Assembly (NCBI GenBank): GCA_951406725.2
Contig: OX597814.1
Location: 167,524,001-167,588,000 of the forward strand
Direction: 5' to 3'
Source: Octopus vulgaris
Lineage: Eukaryota
Length of the DNA stretch: 64,000 nucleotides
Shown here: in pieces, positions 1 through 11,150 of the stretch
Layout: every line of letters starts with the position of its first letter
How positions within the stretch are numbered: position 1 is the first letter of the stretch
Position numbers and translations under genes: made by a program
Notes under the pieces: model-generated
What the model was told of the DNA's origin: nothing
Seen by the model: the letters and a program-made list of their open reading frames with translations, nothing else
Database searches by the model: none

Positions 1-851
1 CATATGCATGACAAAGTAGTTATAACATCATTTAAGTTAATTACAGCAAATGGACATGTAATATGAAATAATTGAAGTCTGATTAATTATATTCACTGGT
101 ATTTTCATCATGTAGTGTTAACCTTTATATCATATATATTACTACATATCAGTCACAGCTTTGTGTGGTCTTTGTACAACGGTAGGTATAGAAGATACCA
201 ACAATTAAATAGAATACATCCTATCTGGCTACTTATCTTTCGTTCTTTTAGTAGAGGAGAAGAAACAGTGCCTTGTCTTTGCAGGTTGCGCAATGTACAA
301 CTAATTAAATAATAATGAAATTAATATTCATTTAGTATTCTTACAATTCAAAGTTGAAATGAAAGCATGGGCAAGAGGGAAGTTCAGAAGTGATGCGGAT
401 TGTTGAAGGTGTTCAGCCTAATATTTGGGAGGCCAGGCCGTAATGGCGAGGAGAGGAGAAAGAGAAGCATTACACTAATTTGTCTTAGTACACATCTAGG
501 ACTACATTATCCATTGTATCACTTCATTATTCATGACACTAGAGCAGGGATGTCCAGCTTGAAGGTCGCATTGCAACCCACTTAATATTTTCATGCAGCC
601 TACTGGCGATTCAAATTCTAATTCTGTGTTATTTTCTAGTTATATTTTCATTTACTTTGATAATGTATAATGAGAAAATTATTCTCAGAGAGTATGCTAT
701 GTTGAACAGACCAATGAAAACCTCAATAAAGGGAGGTAAAATGAGGGAGGCCATGGGATTTATGACATAAAATAGCTAACTCTACATCGTAGAGTCAGCC
801 ATTGTTTCAGTTTCAAATTTTTTGTAGTAGGATCAATATTGATTGTGTTAT

Positions 852-1205
852 AAGGCGGTTAGCTGGCAGAAACGTTAGCACACCAGGCGAAATGCTTAGC
901 GGTATTTCGTCTGTCATTACGTTCTGAGTTCAAATTCTTTCAAGGTCGATAAATTAAGTACCAGTTACGCACTGGGGTCAATGTAATCGACTTAATCCGT
1001 TTGTCTGTCCTTGTTTGTTCTCTCTGTGTTTAGCCCCTTGTGGGTAGTAAAGAAATTGGTATTACGTCTGTCTTTACATTCTGAGTTCAAATTCCACCAA
1101 GATTGATTTCACCTTTCATCCTTTCAAGGTCGATAAATTAAGTACCAGTCGCATACTGGGGTTGATCTAATTGACTGGGCCTTGTTCTTAAATTAGAAAG
1201 GAATA
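852..1205 (+). mobile_element. tRNA-derived SINE family A, two tandem/partial copies inserted in the hAT 5' region
   Basis: Head aaggcggt.agctggcaga, B-box-like GAGTTCAAATTC, central motif ...TTTCAAGGTCGATAAATTAAGTACCAG...CTGGGG repeated twice. Same family at 7703, 53755 and 54946. Confidence 0.8.
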
Positions 1206-1406
1206 TTGATTGTTTTATTTCCTAACCTTGTTTACAATGTCAAGTGATAGTGACTTCAGTGTTTCTAGTCTAGGCCAAGCCTAATGCTAATGCTTTATGC
1301 GGAAGAATCTATTTATTCTTTATTTGTTTCCGATTTCTTGAATGTTGATATCAGCATCATTACGTAATATTTTTAATTGTTAATTTTAATAGCCTATTAT
1401 TTGATC

Positions 1407-3166
1407 ATGGCATCTGATACTAAAAAAAAAATAACAGAGGAAAAAAGAAAATTCAATATCCTATGGACAGAAAAATATTTCATAATTAAAATATGCAATA
1501 ATATTATCTGCCTCATATGTAATGATAACATTGCTGTATGCAAGGAATATAATATTGTCACTATGCTATTAAACAGAGAAAGAAATGAAATGAAAATAGA
1601 TGAATTGAAGAAGCTTAGTCCACAACAAAATAATTTCAAAAAACATGTTGGAAAAACTGGTACATATACAAAAGTTAGTTATTTAATAGCTGAAAAATTG
1701 GCTCAGCTTGGTAAACCACTGATAGATGGCGAATTAATAAAAGAATGTATTGTAATAGCTTTTAATTAATGTTGTCTCGAGAAGGTGAATTTATTCAATG
1801 AAAGAAGTCTTTTGCATCAGACAGTTGGTAGAAGAATTGATGACTTAGCTGACAGTATTGTGGGTACATTGCAGACTCAATTATCTAAATGTGTTCATAA
1901 CAGTTTAGCATTGGATGAAATTACTGATCAAAGTGACACTGCACAGTTGGTTATTCTCATCAGAAGAATTGATGTCGCTTTTAATATCATTGAAAAAATG
2001 TTGGACGTGTGTCATATGAAGGGTACAACAACTGGCAGAGACATAATTGAGCATGTTAATTTATCATTTGAAAAGTTCAATGTTGATAGAAATAAAATTC
2101 ATTCAATTACAACTGATGGTGTAACTGCACTAACTGGTAAAAATAATGTGTTTAATACATTATTCAAAGAAATGGTTGATCATGATATACTTAGCTATCA
2201 TTGCTTGATTCATCAACAGAAATTATGTGCTCAAAAATTAAATATAAAACAGATGATGACAGATATTGTGAATGTTGTTAATTTTATCAGATCTCGAGGC
2301 TTGAACCATCGTTCATTCAAAGTATACTTGGTAGAAGTTGGCAGTGTGTATGAAGATGTTACATACTTCTCAAAAGTCAGATGGCTCAGTGAAGCAGCAA
2401 CTATGAATAGATTTCAATTATTGTTGCCTAAAATAAAACAGTTCATGCAAAACAAAAAGCAAAATGTTGAATTTTTAGCATATGAAGAATGGTTGAATGA
2501 GCTGTCCTTCTTAGTAGATATTACTGAAATGTTAGCTGAACTTAATTTGCATTTACAAGGAAAAAACCAGTTATGTTGTTCAATGTTTGAGCAAATAACA
2601 AGTTTTGCTAAGAAATTAGAACTTTTCATAATATAGTTGAAAGGTGGAGAAATTGTTCATTTTCAGAATTTATTTAAATGACAAGAAGAATTTCTTGTGA
2701 ATTTTGAAAAATATACTAAATTTGATGAAGGTTTGTTAGAAGATTTTACAACTAGATTTTCTAACTTCAGAAAGAGAGAAACTGAACTAAAATTGTTGAG
2801 TGATCCATTTTTTATTTACGTATGTGGAAGCACCAGCCACATACCAGATAGAACTCATTGAGCTTCAAAGTAGAGAAGTTTTGAAGACTTATCATAGAGG
2901 ACATGCCTGTTTTGACTTTTACAAGAAATTGCATTCTTTCAATGAATTTGATCAAATTGCCAATTTAGCTACAAGATTATTGTGCACGTGGAGTAGTATA
3001 TACTGCTGTGAACAATTCTTTTCGTGTATGAAAAACATAAAAAACTGCTGAAAGAAATAGGCTGAGTTATTGCCATTTAACTAAAATGCTTAGAGTAAAG
3101 AATAGTACCATAAAAGTAGATTTTGAAAATATCATAAAAGGAAAGCAATGCCAAAAATCACATTGA
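1407..3166 (+). pseudogene. hAT transposase pseudogene (GTF2IRD2/SPIN-like)
   Basis: ORF pieces 1377-1769, 1785-2636 and 2800-3051 give N-terminal CLIC zinc finger, SLALDE, ITTDG, HCLIHQ, VRWLS, YCCEQFFS and the C-terminus KQCQKSH* (TGA 3164-3166). Interrupted by stops and frameshifts. Confidence 0.9.
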
Positions 3167-3317
3167 TTTTATTTTGTGTAAGTGTAATTTCATTTTTACT
3201 GTCAATAGCACATTATTTTGTATTTATATTTGTTATTAAAAAATTTTATTCACTATATTTTGATCTTTTTAAAAGCTTATATCTAAGTACCAGTGAAGAT
3301 ACTTAAAAAAAGATTAA

Positions 3318-6240
3318 AATAATAATAGTAATAATGAAATTATTGTATACAGTGCTCAGGTGTACCACAACTTGTCAAAAGTGCATATAAAACATATGCA
3401 ATCATGTACAAATGTCGGGAAAGTGAACAGTGTATGAGTCAGATACATGCTTGCGTGTGTATTGAGGGGAGAAAATTAGGTGTAGTGTTGGCGAATCTCA
3501 GGAAGCATGGAAGTTTTGAAGGATGCAGTGCTCCGACATCTAACAACTGATGCTGGCAGTTTGTTCCATACTTAGCGTGAAAAAATGTTTCCGAAAGTCA
3601 TGGGAGCTGTGCTGTTTTCTGATTTTGTAAACATGTCCACGAGTGTTAGACAGGTGTAGTTTGAAAAGGTGCTCAGAGTTATTGTTTGTAAGATGGTTAA
3701 TAATTTTATGTGTGTCTGCCAAGTCAGCTGCCAGACGTCGGAGTTTCAAGGTATCTATGCTCAGGGAAGTAAGGCGTTCAGAATATGGCAAGTGCCTGAT
3801 GGAGGGTATTCTCTTGGTTGCACTTCGCTGAACGGTTTCCAGATGATTGATATCCTGGGGAAGATAGGGGTTCCAGACTGGTGATGCAAATTCCAGGTGA
3901 GGTCGCACCATAGCTATATAAAGCCTCAGATAGATAGCCGGAGATCGGCTCTCAAATGACTTGGTAAGTGATGCCAAGACACCCTCAGTCTTCTTAGCAA
4001 TTTTAGCAATGTGTTTTGTCTAACGCAAATCGCTGTTGACAATAATGCCCAGGTCACGTTCACAAGAAGACTTTTTGAGATTAGTGTTGTGGAGGGAGTA
4101 AGTAGACGCTCGGTTTTTCCTCCCGAAATGCACTGTGGTACATTTGTCCACAGCCAGCTTGAGTTGCCAGTCCACGATCCATTGTTGCAGGTCTGATTGC
4201 AATAAAGATATATAGTGTACAGGATCTGTCCTCTTTATTTCGAGGTACAGCTTGATGTCATCTGCATATTTCAGCACTGTGGCATTCTTTAAGTTGGCAT
4301 CTATGTCATTAACATATGCAACAAATAGAAGTGGTACACCAGATGTCATCTCATAGGGTGAAGAGTGCTGTCCTAGAACTGTGACAACCTCTCTTCAGCC
4401 AATAATGAAGGACTTCAACCAGTTATAGAGATCATCTCTTACACCATTGCAGAGAGTTTCACCATAAGTCTTTTGTGTGGCACAGAATTAAAAGCCTTAG
4501 CAAAGTTCAGGTAAACAACATCCATCCAGGAGCTGCCATCAGTGATTCGGGTAATGTCCTCAAGAGACTCGATGAGTTGATTACAGCAGCTGGAGTTAGG
4601 AATAAATCCAAATTGTGACAGCTGGATGAGGCTGTGAGACTTCCAGCAGTTCCAGAGGGTTTCTCAGACACAGGATTCCATCAGTTTGGTGATGCAGCCA
4701 GTAAGACTGATGGGGCGATAGTTGACATGCGATGTGCGGTCACCTTTTTTGAACAGAGGGATAACACTGGCAGTTTTCCACTGCTCTGGAGTAACACCAT
4801 TGTCAAGACAGAATTGAAAGAATAGTGAAAGTTGGTTTAGAAGAAAGTACCCACCGCGTTTGAGGAATAGGTATATAAAAACATCAAGACCAGGAGAGGC
4901 ATAGTTACGTTTATTCTTAAGGTGGTGTTGTAGCATTGCTGGTGTAAATTTCATAGTAGTTATAGAGTCTGGTGTCAGAGGTGATGGAGACGGAACATTT
5001 TGATCTTCCACAGTAACGATGCCTGCATAGCATCCAGCAATGATTTCTAAACATTCTTTGGGATTGTCAGTAATCTGGCCTGTGTGGGGATTGCGAAGGG
5101 GGCCAACTGGAGAGTGAGGTCTCTACTTTGAATGTACATACTTACAAAACACTTTGCTGTCAGGGTTGGTTGCTATGCGCTGTTCGAATTCAAGCACTCC
5201 CTTTTTTGTCACCTACTTGTGATGGTTGGATGATCTATTGTGCTTTTTCCTGTTGATTTCTGATTTGTGCATTTTGTATTCCTGTTCAGCATTATGGCAT
5301 TCTTTCCTGGCAAGTGAGACTGCTGCAGTCTCCTAAATTGCTCTATTGAGTGGTTTTTTGTGTTTGCGTGGTACCGATGCTGCACATGCCGTCCATATTG
5401 AATTCAGAACGTTCTGAAGTACAGTATTCACATCTCCAGAGGCCTAAAATTCTAGCCAGTTTAGGCGTCACAGCTTGGTACAATAAGAGTTCCAGTCTGC
5501 TTTATTCCAGTTAAAGTGGGCAGTTTGAAGATAGTTGTGGTTTTTGTTACAACCAATCAGAGACAAGTCGGCCATGATCATGGAATGATCAGAGTCACCT
5601 AAAGGTCCTTCAATAGTGACACTAATAATTATTTCAGGAGAAGCAGTAAATAGCAGATCCAAAGTGTGGGGGAGGTAACGACTTGGAACCAATTTGAATT
5701 CAGCACCAGTTCAAGGAAATCGTCTGCACTTTGCAGCCAACAGAAGGCCTCCCAGTCAATCTCAAGGAAATTGAAGTCTCCCGCAATATAAACATAAGTG
5801 GCTGTTTTCATGGCAGCAACTCTGAGGATATCAAAAGGTTGTGTGTCTTGATGATAATTTGGGGTGGGGGGGCAGTAAACAACTCCGAGTAAAAGTGTTG
5901 ACATGGTCATGTATATATTGCAGAAAAATACTTCCTGTTGAGATTGGTTCAAATCATCTCAAGGAATTGCCGATAGGTTTGAACATATGTAGACCATCAC
6001 ACTCCCACCATGTCGATTAATGCAGTCTTTGCGGGACAGGTTGTAGCCAGCTATGCTGAAAACCCCATCACAGAGTGCAGAATGTGCCCATGTTTCCGTG
6101 ACTGTGATGAAATTTGGGTTGATACTTTTGACATAAGAGTCAAAAAGATGTACCTTGTTGCATAAACTACGGACATTTAAGGACAACAGTTTGTATCTGG
6201 ATTTCAGATGACGATGATATACAGGGGATGGTTGATTGTT
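3318..6240 (-). mobile_element. CR1-clade LINE, near full-length ORF2 pseudogene
   Basis: Minus-strand ORF pieces: APE endonuclease (SLNVRSL, VTETW, AGDFNF, GDSDH), RT (NYRPISL, LKYADDIKLY), C-terminal VRPHLEFASPVWNP and TRGH. (ATT)n-type tail near 3318-3340. Confidence 0.92.
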
Positions 6241-6397
6241 CTTGTTTAGTTTCCCATGATTTTTGTATTGCCAGTTATTGTGTGTGTAGTATGCTCAGAC
6301 CAACTGATATCCCTTATCCAAGACTCACCAGACTTGATGAATTTCCATATTTTCCCATCGTTGCATAGGCTAAAGCTTTCCTACAGCACAGAGTTGC

Positions 6398-6590
6398 GAT
6401 TTAGGGAAGCTACAGATCTTAGCTTTGGACAAATGGGTCAACGCCAGAGCATTTTCATGGTTACTTGAACAACTAGAAATGATAGCTAAATCTTGTTGAA
6501 AGATACTCTAGCACAGAGTTACCTTTCAGACACGTCCTGACCTACCACCTGATGTACGCCCAAAGCTAAGATCTGTAGCTTCCCTAAATC
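6398..6590. repeat. Perfect 31-bp inverted repeat, MITE-like
   Basis: gatttagggaagctacagatcttagctttgg (6398-6428) and its exact reverse complement (6560-6590). Confidence 0.8.
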
Positions 6591-7269
6591 TGTTGTGTTG
6601 TAGATGTTTAGATGTTGCCAGTGGTTATTTGGACATGGAGTTACACATACTGCATGGATTGGGCTAGAACTATTCTCTAAGCTTGTCTAGATCATTTGTT
6701 AGTTTCAATATTTTAGTTTTGGCACTATAAATGGCTATTTTGTATGTGTGTGTGTGCATATTGAGAACAGGTTTCCTGATTTATGAATTTGTGTGTGGCA
6801 AGACGAGTATAGATCAAGCTTTTTGTTAATGTAGAAATTATATTCAATCTGCCATGCCTGTGAGTTCTCACTTTATTTAATCTTTATATCTCAGTATCGA
6901 TTAAACATTATGTAACAATATAATAGTTGTCAGGTATCTTAGGTGATAACAAGGAAATCTTCAGTGCTGATATACACACATAAACACACACAGCTGCTGC
7001 CACCCAATACTCTGTGAAACAATACTGCAAAATTATTTGCAGATACTCTCATATGGAATGCATTATTTATTGACATTGTAATGGGCACAGACATAACTGT
7101 GTAGTTAAGGAGTTTATTTTGCAGCCAAGTTATTTCTGGTTTGATTTCATTGCATTGTCTTCTGACCTTAGCCTTAAGTTGGCCTGTGTCATGTGAGTGA
7201 AACATGGTAGATAGAACTGTGCAGAAACCCATTAGATAAATATGTATTTGCATGCTGTGATACATTGTA

Positions 7270-7655
7270 GCTGTGATACCAGTGCCGGTAGCACGTAAGA
7301 GAAACATCCGAACGTGGCCATTGCCAGCGCCGCGGCGACTTGCCTCTGTGCCGGTGGCACGTAAAAAGCACCATCCGATTGTGGCCGTTGCCAGCCTTGT
7401 CTGGCCCCCATGCTGGTGGCACGTAAAAAGCACCATCCGATCGTGGCCGTTTGCCAGCCTCGTCTGGCACTTGTGCAGGTGGCACGTAAAAAGCACCCAC
7501 TACACTCATGGAGTGGTTGGCGTTAGGAAGGGCATCCAGCTGTAGAAACACTGCCAGATCAGACTGGGCCTGGCACAGCCTTCTGGCTTCCCAGACCCCA
7601 GTTGAACCGTCCAACCCATGCTAGCATGGAAAACGGACATTAAACGATGATGATG
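7270..7655 (+). mobile_element. RTE LINE 3' end fragment
   Basis: Tandem ggtggcacgtaaaaagcacc modules, then ggttggcgttaggaagggcatccagctgtagaaa and a (GAT)n tail. Same 3' UTR as the RTE at 40452-41728. Confidence 0.85.
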
Positions 7656-7702
7656 CATGTATGTATTTGTTTACAGTGGAGTAAGCAACTTGTCAGAAGA
7701 AA

Positions 7703-7918
7703 AAGGCGGTGAGCTGGCAGAATTGTTAGCATGCAGGGCAAAATGCTTTGTGGCATTTTGTCCTGCTTTGCATTCTGAGCTCAAATTTCACTGAGGTCCA
7801 CTTTGCCTTTCATCCTTTCAGGGTTGATAAAATAAATACCAGTTGAGTACTGAGGTTGATGTAATCGACTTAACCCATGCCCTGAAATTGCTGGCCTTGT
7901 GCTAAAATTTGAAACCAT
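7703..7918 (+). mobile_element. SINE family A
   Basis: aaggcggtgagctggcagaa head, cctttcatcctttcagggttgataaaataaataccag centre, tttgaaacc end. Confidence 0.8.
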
Positions 7919-9455
7919 AGTTAATGAAGAAAGTGAGGTAACTCTCTGGAGATGTAATTTTAGTAAACTTAGACGTTTGATAAATAGATATCAATAGAAT
8001 GAGTATTGAATTAAGTTTAAGTACTGGGATTAATATAATTGATTAAAACACTAGGAGGCAGAGTCCCAGCAAAGCCTTTGTCCCTTTGATTGAAAGCAGT
8101 AAAAAAAAGGGCTGTTATATAATTGTGGGAATACAATTTAGACAATGTGGAAGCTAACAATAATAACCCCAATTAAATTTTATATTCTAAACAAGCTACA
8201 CGGACACATTAGATGATGATAATGATTTCTGATTGACTATCAGCTTTTATTTATTAGGCTTAGTCATCCCCACCCATATGGGAACAGTATTTCAATTCCC
8301 ATGAAACCACCTACTCATTATCATCTCCATATATTACTGAAATGCATGTGTACAACAGTCAATATTTATATATCTGTCTATTAAATTGATTTGTTTACAT
8401 ATTTGTTTAATAATCTATTGTTGTTCTTAAAAGGTGTTGCCATTTGTTTGAGAATACCTATCTTGATTTTCTTATCCTTTAATTAATATCTATGTTGTCT
8501 ATTGATTTTTGTTATCCAGTGGAAAATTGCATAGTCTTAGTAAATTGATAGTGTCTGCTTCAGTAGTTGATTCAGGGTTGTGCTGGTATCACTTACATAA
8601 TAGTATACAATAGAGTCAAGAGGTGTAAATTTAACCTAGCATGTCTGGATTTAATATCCAGAAGTTAAATGTAATGTTGTTTTTATTTAGTACAGAGCCA
8701 TAATTTATGGCTTGCTCCACATTCACAATGTTGTCTAGTATTTATAAACAATTGCAGCGTGGAAGGTGTTTATAAGCCATTTAAGAAACACACAAAAACT
8801 TAGATTCACTTCAACATTTAAATTTAGTTTGCCAAAATATTTTCGGCTATTTGAGACTACGACTTGTTCACTAACACAATTCTGTGCTGCAGCACAATCT
8901 CAACTCAGGTCACTTGCTAGGCAAGTATATCTCCGTAAATCTAGTATTTATGTTTTAAAGAAAGCTACTGGCTTTTATCAAAAAAAAGAGAACAAGTTCT
9001 TTTCTTTTATTCATTTTTTTTTATAACATTTTTATTCATTTTTTTTATATAGCAAAACATAGATTTTTGTACAGAGAAATATAACCTTCATGAATAATTT
9101 ACTGAAATAATGTCAAAGACTGGCAAAATAGAACTGTTGGCATGAGCATTTATTAAGATGATGATGATGATGATTGAAAAACTACCCTCTCCATTGGCTC
9201 ATAATTATGTATTTGCACTTTCCTTAACAATTAGAGATTATTAATCTAGTTATTGTTAGACACCACCATCTGATCTTTAGGTGCCTTTAGCAGCATTCTC
9301 TATATGTATGCATTCAAAACAGAGTTTTGGTTTTTGACTGTGTTGCTTTTACTTTAGACTTGGCTTGCAAATGTTCTGACTGAGCATCAACTTTATTATC
9401 ATACTAGTCTGGGAGTGCCTTTAAAGATCTTGGTTATTACCTCTCCTCCATGACT

Positions 9456-11150
9456 CATCATCATCATCTTTTAACATCTGCTTTCCATGCTGGCATGGGT
9501 TGGATAGTTTGACTGAGGACTGGCAAGCCAAGAGGCTGCACCAGGCTCCAATCTGATCTGGCAAGGTTTTTACAGCTGGATGCTCTTCCTAACGTCAACC
9601 ACTCCAAGAGTGTAATGGGTGCTTTTTACGTGCCACCGGCATGGGAACCAGTCAGGCAGCACTGGCATCGATCATGCTCAAATGGTGCTTTTTACATGCC
9701 ATTGGCATGGGAGCCAGTCAGGCAGTACTGGTATTGACTGTGCTTGAATGGTGCTTTTTATGTGCCACCGACACTGGCATCGGCCACGCTCGAATGGTGA
9801 TTTTCATGTGCCACCAGCACTTGCATCAGTCATGCTCAAATGGTGCGTTTTACACACCACCAGTGTGGGTGCCAGTCAGGCAGCACTGGCATTGACTACA
9901 ACTATGATTTCACTTGACTCAGACACAGTATATTGCCTGATGATTGAGGGGTATGGCTACAATCTCACTTGGCTTGCCGGGTCTTCTCAAGTATAGCATA
10001 TCTCCAGAGGTCTCGGCCACTTATCAATGCTTCTGTGAGGCCCAACATCCGAAGGTTGTGCTTCACCACCTCATCTCATGTCTTCCTGGGTCTACCTCTT
10101 ACACAGGTCTCCTCCACTGTTAGAGTGTGACACTTCTTCATACAGCTGTCCTCGTCCAGATGCAACACATGACCATACCAGCACAGTCATCTCTCTGGCA
10201 CACCACATCTGATGCTTATGTCTAACTTTTCTCTCAGAGCGCTTACACTCTATTGTGTATGCAAACTGATATTACACATCCAGCAGAGCATACTAGCTTC
10301 ATTCCTTTCGAGCCTACGCATGTCCTCAGCAGTCATGGCCCATGTTTCACTGCCATGTTGCATGGCTGTTTGCACACATGCGCATCATACAGTGAGAGAG
10401 AGGCCCTTTGTTACCAACAGAGGTAGGAGTTCTCTGAACTTTGCCCTGGCTATTCTTATTCTAGCAGCTATTCTCTCAGAGCATCCATCCCCATTATTGA
10501 CTTTGTCACCTAGGTAACAGAAGCTATCAACTACTTCTAGCTTTTCTACAGATCAAGCAGGGCCATCTACCTGAAGGGATTTGTGATTTGTCTACCTTCC
10601 TACTTACTAAGACTTTGTTTTCGCTAGATTGACTCTAAGACTCTTCAATTCTAGACCTTGCTTCCACACCCTAAACTTCTTCTCTAGTTCTAGTAGTGAC
10701 TCAGCTATTAGAGCAAGTCCATCAGCATAGAGAAGCTCCCAGGAGCAGCCTGTCTTGAATTCCTCTGTTATTGCTTGGAGGACTATGATGAATAAGAGGG
10801 GGCTGAGGACTGATCGTTGGTGAACCCCTACTTCTACCCGGAATTCTTCTTTATACTCCTTGCTAATCCTCACCTTACTGACAGCATCGCTGTACATGGC
10901 TTGTACAGGTCTCACCAACCACTCATCTACCCTACTTTCTACATTGACCACCAGACAGGGGATCGAGGTCCCTGTCAAAGGCTTTCTCCATGTCAGCAAA
11001 AGCCAAGTACAGAGGTTTATTTTGGCTAGGAATTTCTCCTGCACCTGCCTTACCAGAAATATAGTATCAGTGGTGCTTCTGCCTGGCACAAACCCAAACT
11101 GCATTTCATCTACACTAACTCTCTCCTTAATTAATTAGGCTATGACCCTA
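9456..11150 (-). mobile_element. RTE-clade LINE, 5'-truncated and decayed
   Basis: ORF 10607-11104 contains QFGFVPGRSTTD, GVHQRSVLSPLLF and ELLYADGLAL (degenerate YADD); 3' UTR modules and a (CAT)n tail at 9456-9468. Confidence 0.9.

Larger units (their letters stand above)
545..3300 (+). mobile_element. hAT (Buster/SPIN/Charlie-type) DNA transposon, decayed; right end not found
   Basis: Left end CAGGGATGTCCAGC at 545, preceded by CACTAGAG (537-544, nnnTAnnn pattern of Buster TSDs). Contains the transposase pseudogene below; truncated by the CR1 insertion near 3320. Confidence 0.75.

Noticed and set aside
7270-7500. Regularly spaced ~25-bp repeats resembling CRISPR repeats (also 41340-41570)
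   Set aside because: The spacers are homologous to each other and the array is part of the RTE 3' UTR.
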